Part shown: piece after piece, positions 13,401-24,400 of the stretch
Position numbering within the stretch: position 1 is the stretch's first letter
How the letters are laid out: each line of letters opens with the position of its first letter
Source of the DNA: Macrostomum hystrix
Taxonomy: Eukaryota; Animalia; Platyhelminthes
Length of the DNA: 64,000 nucleotides
Assembly (NCBI GenBank): GCA_950097015.1
Contig: CATNEN010000035.1
Span: forward strand, 1,116,001 to 1,180,000
Reading direction: 5' to 3'
The notes under the pieces: generated by a model
Database searches by the model: none
What the model was told of the DNA's origin: nothing
Seen by the model: only the letters and a program-made list of their open reading frames with translations
Position numbers and translations under genes: made by a program

Positions 13401-15253
13401 CAGTCAGAGACTTACAGACTTCGTTAGAGAGTGACAGACTCAGTCAGAGACTTACAGACTTCGTTAGAGAGTGACTTCGTCAGAGAGTGACAGACTCAGT
13501 CAGAGACTTACAGACTTCGTTAGAGAGTGACAGACTCCGTCAGAGAGTGACAGACTTATTCATAGGATAAATGGCTCTTGTCTAGCTTAGCAAACTAAAG
13601 TCGCAATCCAACTTTTCTACAAATATCTCAGGCTGCTGAAGACAGGGTCACCTTCCTGGTGTCGCGCCGTTCGCGACCTCAAACCCCGGATCTGATACGC
13701 GCCGCTTCCGGCGACAACCTCGCTGAACTGTGCCGCATGCCGCCGCCGCCGCCGCCACCAGGCTATCCCGGCTTCCCCTCATGCGTGCCCTGCCGGCTGC
13801 CCTCCGCCGTTACCTACATGGCCGACGCTGCCACAGGCGCTCATCCCGACAATGCCAACGACGACGAGAACGACGTTATTGACGACGACGAGGACGATTC
13901 CGGCGTTCAGGGCCGCGTGGTTGTGATCGAGAAGCTGGCTGGCGAGTCACTCGGCATGTCTGTGGCCGGCGGCATCGGCTCCCAGCGTGGCGACATTCCC
14001 GTCTATGTCACCAACCTCCAGCCAGACGGCCTGGCTGCCCGGTCCAGACAGGTGCGCAAAGGCGACGTCCTGCTGGCTGTGAACGATGTGCCCCTGCTGG
14101 GATTGAGCCACGAGGAGGCTGTGCGGCTGCTCAAGGCTCAGGAGGGACCAGTTGCTGTGCGGTTGCTACCTGGTGAGTCTGCGCTGTCTCACCTCACCGC
14201 GTATTGCCTTGCCACGTACCGCTGAATACCTGCTGACCTGAAATCCGCCCCCAAATAACAGCAGTCCACCTGAAATCCGCCCCCCAAATAACAGCAGTCC
14301 ACCTGAAATCCGCCCCCCAAATAACAGCAGTCCACCTGAAATCCGCCCCCCAAATAACAGCAGTCCACCTGAAATCCGCCCCCCAAATAACAGCAGTCCA
14401 TCTGAAATCCGCCCCCCAAATGACAGCAGTCCATCTGAAATCCGCCCCCAAATAACAGCAGTCCATCTGAAATCCGCCCCCAAAATAACAGCAGTCCACC
14501 TGAAATCCACCCCCAAATAACAGCAGTCCATCTGAAATCCGCCCCCCAAATGACAGCAGTCCATCTGAAATCCGCCCCCCAAATGACAGCAGTCCATCTG
14601 AAATCCGCCCCCAAATAACAGCAGTCCATCTGAAATCCGCCCCCAAAATAACAGCAGTCCACCTGAAATCCGCCCCCAAATAACAGCAGTCCATCTGAAA
14701 TCCGCCCCCCAAATGACAGCAGTCCACCTGAAATCCGCCCCCCAAATGACAGCAGTCCATCTGAAATCCGCCCCCCAAATGACAGCAGTCCATCTGAAAT
14801 CCGCCCCCCAAATGACAGCAGTCCATCTGAAATCCGCCCCCCAAATGACAGCAGTCCACCTGAAATCCGCCCCCACCCTCAGGCTCAGAGTCCAGCTCGG
14901 GCGGCGGCAACTTTATGCCCAGCTGGGTTTACTGGCTATCCCTGCCACCTGTGTGCTACCTGGAGCGCAACGTAGACCTGACCAGAGACCCGTGCACCGG
15001 CTCCCTCGGCTTCTCGATTGTCGGCGGGGCCGACAGCCTGTCCGGGCCTCAGTCAATCATAGTGAAGAGTGTTGTACACGGCGGCCCAGCCCACGAAGAT
15101 GGCCGACTGCGCTGCGGCGACATGATCACCCGGGTGAATGGCAATTACCAGCTAGCGGGATTCACACACGGCCAAGCTGTGGCACTGTTGAAGTCTTTGC
15201 GCTGTGACACTGTGCTGCTCACTGTGGTGTCCTGGCCCGGTACCATTGTCTAA
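4017..15253 (+). CDS. LNX: LNX1/2-like (Ligand of Numb protein X) E3 ubiquitin ligase, Zn fingers + 4 PDZ domains; 5'-partial (RING exon upstream of window)
   Basis: Phase-consistent GT-AG exons: 4017-4109 ([31 protein letters not shown], like LNX2 LLDKLLVLCP...QRCDLEAHL), 4205-4356 (extra Cys/His finger), 5784-5893 (GEVTIIEI..LGISFVGGCDTPL, PDZ1 start), 11122-11396 (rest of PDZ1 and start of PDZ2), 12393-12540 (PDZ2), 13632-14172 (PDZ3, SLGMSVAGG), 14883-15253 (PSWVYWLSLP + PDZ4, ending WPGTIV*, like LNX2 WPGSLV*). Family assigned from recalled sequences, no search run. Confidence 0.9.
4380..5332. repeat. Minisatellite, 21-bp unit GGGTGAATCGATGTGGAAGAT, about 45 copies, LNX intron
   Basis: Directly visible; starts about 23 nt after the donor at 4357. 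Confidence 0.95.
5911..6062. repeat. Short tandem repeat, 32-bp unit GATTGCAGAATCCAATAGTTGCAGATTCCACT, about 4 copies
   Basis: Directly visible just after the donor at 5894. Confidence 0.9.
6926..7902. repeat. Minisatellite, 16-bp unit CAAGATTCTAGTTTGG, about 60 copies
   Basis: Directly visible. Confidence 0.95.
8427..10142. repeat. Minisatellite, 23-bp unit GAAGAGAGCG(G/A)AGGTGAATATAT, about 70 copies, followed by 3 copies of a 22-bp derivative
   Basis: Directly visible; explains the spurious 591-aa ORF. Confidence 0.95.
10406..10437. repeat. (GT)n microsatellite
   Basis: Directly visible. Confidence 0.95.
11590..12030. repeat. Minisatellite, 21-23-bp unit TTTCTT(A/G)GAAACTGTTGTGTG, about 20 copies
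   Basis: Directly visible in the LNX intron 11397-12392. Confidence 0.92.
12743..13556. repeat. Compound minisatellite (GACAGACTTCGTTAGAGAGT / GACAGACTCAGTCAGAGACTTA)
   Basis: Directly visible in the LNX intron 12541-13631. Confidence 0.92.
14233..14874. repeat. Minisatellite, 32-33-bp unit CAGCAGTCCA(C/T)CTGAAATCCGCCCCCCAAAT(A/G)A, about 20 copies
   Basis: Fills about 90% of the 710-nt intron 14173-14882. Confidence 0.95.
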
Positions 15254-16404
15254 TACTGCTGCACCATCGAATTTGAGTAGCAGTTGCAATTATAGGCGAA
15301 AACTTTTTAGATAGCGATTTTCGCTTATTGCTACTTACTGAGTAGCGCTTTGGAAACATTTGGTACAATAATTAGGTGCTGATACGAGTACGGTAGAGTG
15401 AACAAGAAATGTGGTGGAGTTTCCTGAAACTGATTATCAGAACTGTTAGTTGCCGTTCTTTTTAACTTGAAACTGACCCAATCGTTCTAATGAGTATAAT
15501 GTAGACAATGTTAATTTATCATGTACTGCGGTGCGCTAACACTATTGTTTATCCATAAATATAGGCTTCAGTATGCTGCACGTGTTGCTCTGTTTTTTGT
15601 TACTCTCCTGCCGATCTAAATCACTGCCTTTTCAGTCTCTTATCGGCTAACTCATTTTTAAAACATTCACAGAAATCACTCATTGCCTACATGCAATCTG
15701 TGCAATAAATGCATGATAACAACTAATTTAGCTGCGCATGCTCGCTCACTCGCATGCTCGCTCACCTCTACTGTAGTCAGTAGCGAGTTCAGCCCGGCAC
15801 TCGCTCCTTTTTTCTTATTTTTTTCTCAGCTTTTTGTCGCTTCTTTTTTCTGCCACTACTAAGTCAGAGACAGTGTTGTGTCCCACGTTGAAGGAGTTTA
15901 TCGCTCTTTGTTTTGCTGCTTTGTTTTGCGCCTTTTCCCTTCCCCAACTGCCAGAATATTAGCGCAGATTTTCTCTAAACGCCTCTTTCCCCAATGAAGC
16001 CACAGTTCCCGGGCTGGGATGTTGGCAGCGTGCTCCTGTAAATTGTTTATTTACTTATTTTACATTTGCTTACTTCTCTTGTTTTCTCTCTTCCCTTTAA
16101 CAGGTCTCCTCGTTTCTTAGTGATTTCAGCTGAGAAGCGACACGAAAAATACACGCTTGAATGTCCCAGCTGCACTACTGCACAACGGTCTGTTTTGAGT
16201 AGGCAGGCACGCGCGTTCCTGCCGTTTTTATCCCCGTCATATTTTCTTTGTGAAATCTCGCAGCATAAGCTAAATGATATACTCGAACTTCAGTCTTTGT
16301 TGTTTGTTTGTTTCTGAACAGTTTAGATAGCTGGATAGAAGCACTCAATTACAAGGGCCTGTTTTTTCTGTTCCCGATGACAGAATTGATAATGTTACAA
16401 ATTT

Positions 16405-17400
16405 GTCAGAGAGTGACAAAATTCATCGGAGTGACAGACTTCATCAGTGAGTGACAGAATCATCAAGGAGTGACGGTGTTCTTCACAGTGACATAATCAT
16501 CTGAGAGTGACGCTGTTCTTCAGAGAGTGACAGACTTCATCAGAGAGTGACAGTGTTCTTCAGAGAGTGACTTCTTCAGAGAGTGACAGACTTCATCAGA
16601 GAGTGACGGTGTTCTTCAGAGAGTGACAGAATCATCAGAGAGTGACAGTGATCTTCAGAGAGTGACTTTTTTAGAGAGTGACAGACTTCATCTGAGAGTG
16701 ACGGTGTTCTTCAGAGAGTGACAGACTTCATCAGAAAGTGAGTGTTCTTCAGAGAGTGACTTTTTTTAGAGAGTGACAGACTTCATCTGAGAGTGAAATA
16801 ATTATCAGAGAGAGTGACAGTGTTCTTCAGAGAGTGACAGACTTCATCAGAGAATGACGGTGTTCTTCAGAGAGTGACAGAATCATCAGAGAGTCACAGT
16901 TTTCTTCAGAGTGGTTTTTTAGAGAGTGACAGACTTCATCAGAGAGTGACAGACTTCATCAGAGAATGACAGTGTTCTTCAGAAAGTAACGGTGTTCTTC
17001 AGAGAGTGACAGAATCATCAGAGAGTGACAGTGTTCTTCAGAGTGGTTTTTTAGAGAGTGACAGACTTCTTCAGAGAGTGACAAACTTCATCAGAGAGTG
17101 ACGGTGTTCTTCAGAGAGTGACAGAAACATCAGAGAGTGACAGAAACATCAGAGAGTGACAGTGTTCTTCAGAGAGTGACTGTTTTTCAGAGAATGACTT
17201 CATCAGAGAGTGACAGTGTTCTTCAGAAAGTAACGGTGTTCTTCAGAGAGTGACTGTTTTTCAGAGAGTGACTTCATCAGAGAGTGACAGTGTTCTTGAG
17301 AGAGTAACGGTGTTCTTCAGAGAGTGACAGAATTCGTCGGAGAGTGACAGAATTCATCAGAGAGTGACAGAATCATCAATCATCAGAGAGTGATTGAATT
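16405..17400. repeat. Degenerate compound minisatellite with core CAGAGAGTGACAG, between the convergent LNX and KDM3-like 3' ends
   Basis: Directly visible; same core as the 12743-13556 array. Confidence 0.9.
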
Positions 17401-18478
17401 CTTTAGAGTGACAGAATGAACAGAATGACAGAACAGCCATTGATTTAAGTTATTCGAAACACAAAGCATATTTATCGCTCAAGCAAAAGCAATTTGAACG
17501 GAACATTCAGAACAGTGTTTGTTCTGATCTATTATATTTTCAACAACATTCCTAAAAAAACACCAAAATAATAGGTAATCGTTATAGATAGACACTCCAT
17601 ACAAAACGCAACAACAGCGAATCTAATAAACAAAAATAAATCCAACAGTGCCATTGGGGGTATAGTCTTCTCTTTGTGTCTTCTGCACTGGGAAACCTCT
17701 AACAGACCGGGCCAGGGGTGACAGACAGTCAGACGGACACAGCACGAATGCCAAACAGTTTATTGAAAGTTGGAGACACGCATACAACATTGCTAAACAT
17801 GTTAATGTATAATGTTAGTTGAAGTTTGGCGAGTAAAAAATGTACAATAAAAATGACGACTCAAACAAAAAATTAAAAATTCCCAAGTGCCTGTTTTCCT
17901 GGTTTAAAGGGCCTGGGACGCGGTAGAATTTCAATAGAAAGAAATCTATAGCCAATCGATAATTTGTGCTTTTGTCTTCGGTTACAACAAAATGCATCGA
18001 CAGACAAACAGACAGGAACAGCTACTCGTGTGCGGACTATTAGTAGTATATAAGTCAGGAGGCCGGTGGCAGCGGTATGGAAAGCAACGAACAAGGATTA
18101 TCAGAATAGAAGTTGAGTCACTTTCGGACAAGATTAGGCGACAACAATATAGACAACAGCAATGAGAGCTGAGCTCACGCACAGGACAAACAGGTGATTT
18201 AGCTGACAGGAATCATATATGGGGCATGAATGAAGCTTTTGATTCTCTATTACAGTCCATGGACTGGGAGGCTTTAACACCCACCCGTTAAAGCTGGCCT
18301 GCGAGCTCTCCTTTGGATCGGGAGCATAAAATATACAGAATCAAAAACTGTTGATGCAAATTCATGCTCACAGTCGCACTAAACATTGAACGTGGACAAG
18401 TCACCGTTAGCTAAAAGCCGCTTTTAATTGTATTTTGTTATTGTTATTGTTATTGTTATTGTTATTGTCGCGTAAATG

Positions 18479-21400
18479 TCACACGGCAGAATCCAGCGAT
18501 GAGATTGCATCCCTGACGGCTCGGTACAGCAGACTTCGTATCGGCAGACGTTCTTGATGCTGCTGCTGCTGCTGGCGCTGCTCACGAGCTGACGTCAGGC
18601 ACTGACGTACGCTCTCCGGGCTGACAAAGTCCACGGAGACACTGACGCAGCTGTGCAGATTGCGCACCTGAAATATCAAGGTGAATCAACAGTCAGTATA
18701 TTCCAGGTGAATCAACAGTCAGTATATTCCAGGTGAATCAACAGTCAGTATATTCCAGGTGAATCAACAGTCAGTATATTCCAGGTGAATCAACAGTCAG
18801 TATATTCCCAGTTTAATCCCTTCTCTCTCACCTGGTGCGGTGCTCCGGCTGGCACGAAGATGGCGTCGCCCTGGAACTGTACAATGACGGCAGGCCTGAC
18901 GCCGAATAGTGTTTTGAGCTTCTCCAGCTGCACTGAGTCCAGGTAGATTCCTGCCTGCTCAGCCAACGGGTCGGAGCAGTTGACGCCTTCGCTGGCCGTC
19001 AGGAAGTGGCGCAGTTTGGTCGCATCGGCTGGTCGAAAGACGTGCCAGAGAGCTCCGGGCAGGCGGCTGTCGACAGCGATGGTGCGGAGGACGGTCTGGT
19101 CGACATTGGCCCGCTCCAGGGTGGCGTAGGCGGCAGCCTTCTGCTGCTCCAGGGCGTCCTCGGGAGCGGCCACGTAGGCCAGCAGGGCGGCCGTGTCGGA
19201 TGCCTGGCAGTGCAGGGCCGCGGTGCCGCCTGTCTCAGTGCGCGACATGCCGTAGGCGCAGGTGAGGCGCGGGGCGGCAGCCAGGCCGGCTGCCAGGTTG
19301 CAGCGACCGCGCGGAGCGGTGTAGTCGGCGAAGGGAAGCGCCATGGCAAGGTCGGACAGCGGCAGGCCGGCGGGCTGGCCAGCGGGCGGGCGCAGGCGCA
19401 GCGCCAGAGGCTGGCCAGTGGCGGGGTGTTTCAGCCTTCGCTTCATGCTGTCGAAGCCGTCCCAGAAGTGCCTGGCGGGGCTGGCAGGCAGCTCGGCTCC
19501 GGTCTCGCAGTTCAGCACACTGCAGCGGCAGCCGGCGAGACTGCGGCTCAGACTGCGCGGCAGCCACCAGGGCGAGCTGTCCGAGGCAACGGCGGGCAGG
19601 CAGTTGGCCACCACCACTGGTAGGCAGCGACGCCAGTGGCGCTGGAAGGCGGCGCATCCGGGACCTTCTGCCTGCCTGGGCGGCTCGGTGAAGCGGAGAA
19701 TCAGGCTGCGGTTGTGCGCAGAGTTTTCCGCGGCCGACTCGACAGCGGGGGCCGCAGAGGAACCAGAAGATGACGGAGGCGGCGGTGACTCCGGCGGCGA
19801 AAGCGACGGTACGCGCAGGCGGGCGAGCGCGGCAGAGAGGCGGGCGAAGGCGTCGCCGGGGACATTGGTGGCCAGCAGCAGCCGGTCGGGTTCGTGCGCC
19901 TGACGGCCAACTGTGCAGTCGCCGGCAGCTCCAGCGCCGCCGCCTGGACGCAGACGCGTGGCGGGCCGGTCGGAGGCAGCCGGGCCTGTTGGTCCGACGA
20001 CGCAGCCGCCGCCGGCGGAGTCGAGGCGGCAGTCCGGGCAGAGAGCGAAGCCGCACTTGCCGCAGCAGAAGTGAGCGCCGAATAGGGCGGAGTCACACTG
20101 GTCGCAGGCCATCGGCAGAGACGAGTCGCCGAAGCGGCGCCACAGCGAGGCGGCGTTGGTGCCATCGCCGCCTGCTCCGCCGTAGCGGGCGCGCAGCTGT
20201 CGCTCCTGGGTGGCCAGCTCCTGGAAGGCGTCGCTGACAAAGCTGAGCAGGCGGCGAGCGTCCGGGGAGGCGGCGGAAGCGGCGGAGCTGGCCGGTCTGC
20301 GCAGCCATGCCGTCAGGTCCTCCGGCTGGGCCTCGGTGGACTCGCAGAAGCCGCAGGCCTGTAGGCCGCCCTTCTTGTTGTAGCGAAGCCTGCGGGAGCG
20401 AACGGGAGTAGCCGCTTTTTGGATTGCACCTGTACTAGATAGCACCTGTACTAGATTGCACCTGTACTAGATAGCACCTGTACTAGATTGCACCTGTACT
20501 AGATAGCACCTGTACTAGATTGCACCTGTACTAGATTGCACCTATACTAGATTGCACCTGTACTAGATTACACCTGTACTAGATTGCGCCTGTACTAGAT
20601 TGCACCTGTACTAGATTGCGCCTGTACTAGATTACACCTGTACTAGATTGCACCTGTACTAGATTGCGCCTGTACTAGATTGCACCTGTACTAGATTGCG
20701 CCTGTACTAGATTGCACCTGTACTAGATTGCGCCTGTACTAGATTACACCTGTACTAGATTGCAATTGACTTGACTGTGCCAATAAGAGACTGTGCCTGT
20801 CTGTCGTTAGATAATCTATCCTTTACTGCTTATGTATCTTTCTCGGCATATCCATTTTCAACTTACAAAATTTTCTAACTAAAATCCTAGATTTAGACAA
20901 CAATACGCTAATCAATACTGACTGACTGCTACTTGCAGTAGTAAGGAATTTAGAACAGGAAAATGAATATATCTCAGTCAGTGAAGAGAAATGCAAAACA
21001 ACATGACAGAATTATTTATTTGCAGTTGAGATCCACCTAGTGCAGAGTCACATGAGCAGAGAAACAGCTCAGCAGTGGGGGGACTATTTTTAACACTTCA
21101 TCGAATCAGTCAGACACCGGCGGAGGGGGCAGGCCGGGAGGGTGCAGGGCGCACAACAAACTAGTAAGCGTATTGAGTTCACAGGCACAAAGTGCTCAGC
21201 CCAGCAACTGGATAAATAATTGATGGCATAGATAGACGGATGGGTGGGACTCGTGTTAGTACGAGCATTAGTTAGATTTAGTCGACAAGGCTCGGTGCAC
21301 TTTAACGATATGAACGAGAGGAGGGCCTGCTTCTGTGCCTCTTGCCCTTGCCGTGTCGCGTCCCACATGCAGAAAAGGGGAAAGGGAGACACAGAATGAG

Positions 21401-24400
21401 GAAGTCGGACTTGGGGGAAACAGGGAATTAGATTTTGGGAGGAGCGCCAGGGTGGAATGGGATTAGGGAGAATAGAAATGGGGAAGAGTACACTTTTTGT
21501 GAAGAAGGAAGGAATACGCCTCAGAGTAACTGTCCCAACTCAAAAGACTTTGCTAAGCTAAAGCCTTCCTTTTACTTCACTGCAGAGCCTATTTTGTCAC
21601 GGAGAGCGCGACCTTATAAGTTTCTTTTTGTGGATTTCTTCTGCAGAAAAGCCAGAGAGACGAGTAGATTGCTGCAGACATAGCCAAGACTATCTCTGGC
21701 TTTAATTAACAGCAAGCATTTGTCTGGATCGCGTCCTCGTGGATATAGGGGGGAGCCACCATGGATATAGGGGGTAGACACCATGGATATAGGGGGAGCC
21801 ACCATGGATATAGGGGGAGCCAACCTGGATATAGGGGGAGCCACCATGGATATAGGGGGAGCCACCCTGGATATAGGGGGAGCCACCATGGATATAGGGG
21901 GAGCCACCCTGGATATAGGGGGGAGCCACCCTGAATATAGGGGGGAGCCACTATGGATATAGGGGTAGCCCTCATGGATATAGGGGGAGCCACCCTGGAT
22001 ATAGGGGGGAGCCACTATGGATATAGGGGTAGCCCTCATGGATATAGGGGTAGCCCTCACGGATATAGGGGTAGCCCTCATGGATATAGGGGTAGCCCTC
22101 ATGGATATAGGGGTAGCCCTCATGGATATAGGGGTAGCCCTCATGGATATAGGGGTAGCCCTCATGGATATAGGGGGAGCGCCTCAGTTGATTTGAAGTG
22201 ATGCACCGACCCCCTTTGCCCCCTGGCTACGCCCTGATTAACAGCAAGGACTTTGTAAGAAATGATCACACCGACATCGAGTGGCAGAGGTTCAGGTCAC
22301 ACTTACTCACTAATAAAACAAATGCTCCATTGCTCTGCTATCTAGATTCTGCTTTTCTTTCTATAATTTTTTCTCCCTTAAAGTTCACAGCGTCACTCGG
22401 GCAGTCTTCTTGCATTTCTAGTTTGAATTTGTACTTTTGCCCGCCCCTGCCAGCGCCGTCTCTCATGGGAACTTATAATTCAAACAGCAAAGCATACATA
22501 GATAAGGCACAGTAGTTAATGCAAACACTGGTATTCTATTGCAACCCAAATACTGCAGCGAGTGCGTGATTTGCCAGAATTCTGTTGGCTAGCTTTTTTC
22601 ATAGGTTCTCAGAAAAAAAGTGACTACACGTCTGGAAACCTGGGGCGCAGTACAACGGGAACGCAATTATAGGTCCAAGCTGTAGCTCCGAGAATACCAG
22701 TCCCCATTTTAATTGGCGCATTCAGTACGCGCGTGTGCTCACAGCTCAAATTCCGCAGCTCAAAAAACTGAAATCCACACACACTGAAATCCACAATCCA
22801 CAAACTGAAATCCCAAATCACACACTGAAATCCCAAATCACACACTGAAATCCCAAATCACACTTTGAAATCCCAAATCACACACTGAAATCCCAAATCA
22901 CACACTGAAATCCACAATCCACAAACTGAAATCCCAAATCACACACTGAAATCCCAAATCACACACTGAAATCCCAAATCACACACTGAAATCCCAAATC
23001 AAACACTGAAATCCCAAATCACACACTGAAATCCCAAATCAAACACTGAAATCCCAAATCACACACTGAAATCCCAAATCACACACTGAAATCCCAAATC
23101 ACACACTGAAATCCTAAATCAAACACTGAAATCCCAAATCACACACTGAAATCCCAAATCACACACTGAAATCCCAAATCAAACACTGAAATCCCAAATC
23201 AAACACTGAAATCCCAAATCAAACACTGAAATCCCAAATCACACACTGAAATCCCAAATCAAACACTGAAATCCCAAATCACACACTGAAATCCCAAATC
23301 ACACACTGAAATCCCAAATCACACACTGAAATCCACAATCCACAAACTGCAATCCCAAATCACACACTGAAATCCACAATCAACAAACTGCAATCCCAAA
23401 TCACACACTGAAATCCACAATCAACAAACTGAAATCCCAAATCACACACTGAAATCCCAAATCACACACTGAAATCCCAAATCACACACTGAAATCCCTA
23501 ATCCACACAAATTGAATTTCGCCATTCTATATGCTCAAATCCGAAATCCCACCCATCCGGCGATGCCAATCCTAGAAGCTCACTTTCTGAATCCGAGAAA
23601 TCGGCAGGCAGCGCCGGCTGAAGCGCTAGCCGCAGCCGAGGTCGACTTGGCTGCCGCAGCGGTGTGAGTGGAGGCTCCAGCGGGCCGGCACTCGCGGCAC
23701 TTCGGCAGCTTGGCGCAGGCGAGCTGACTGCAGGGCGTGTCCTGAACGAACTGCTCCAGGCTGCGCTCATAGTGCTCACGACGGTGCTTGTTCAGCGGGC
23801 GAACGGGTGCGAACACTGCGGAGTGGGAGAGTTGCAACATGTGCCACAGGTGTTGCTAGATGAGCCCTGTGTGTGACACAGGTGTTGCTAGATGAGCCCT
23901 GTGTGTCACACAGGTGCTGCTAGATGTGCCCTGTGTGTCACACAGGTGTTGCTAGATGTGCCCTGTGTGTCACACAGGTGTTGCTAGATGAGCCCTTTGT
24001 GTGACACAGGTGTTGCTAGATGAGCCCTGTGTGTCACACAGGTGTTGCTAGATGAGCCCTGTGTGTGACACAGGTGTTGCTAGATGAGCCCTGTGTGTCA
24101 CACAGGTGTTGCTAGATGTGCCCTGTGTGTCACACAGGTGTTGCTAGATGTGCCCTGTGTGTCACACAGGTGCTGCTAGATGTGCCCTGTGTGTGACACA
24201 GGTGTTGCTAGATGAGCCCTGTGTGTCACACAGGTGTTGCTAGATGAGCCCTGTGTGTCACACAGGTGTTGCTAGATGTGCCCTGTGTGTCACACAGGTG
24301 CTGCTAGATGAGCCCTGTGTGTCACACAGGTGTTGCTAGATGTGCCCTGTGTGTCACACAGGTGTTGCTAGATGAGCCCTGTGTGTCACACAGGTGTTGC

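Noticed and set aside
18999-20308. Overlapping alternative-frame and antisense ORFs in the GC-rich exons (also 34175-35653, 37490-38325, 52535-53143, 54279-54731, 56429-57055, 60701-61693, 63433-63696)
   Set aside because: These are shadow ORFs caused by high GC and triplet repeats. The recognisable protein is in another frame or strand.
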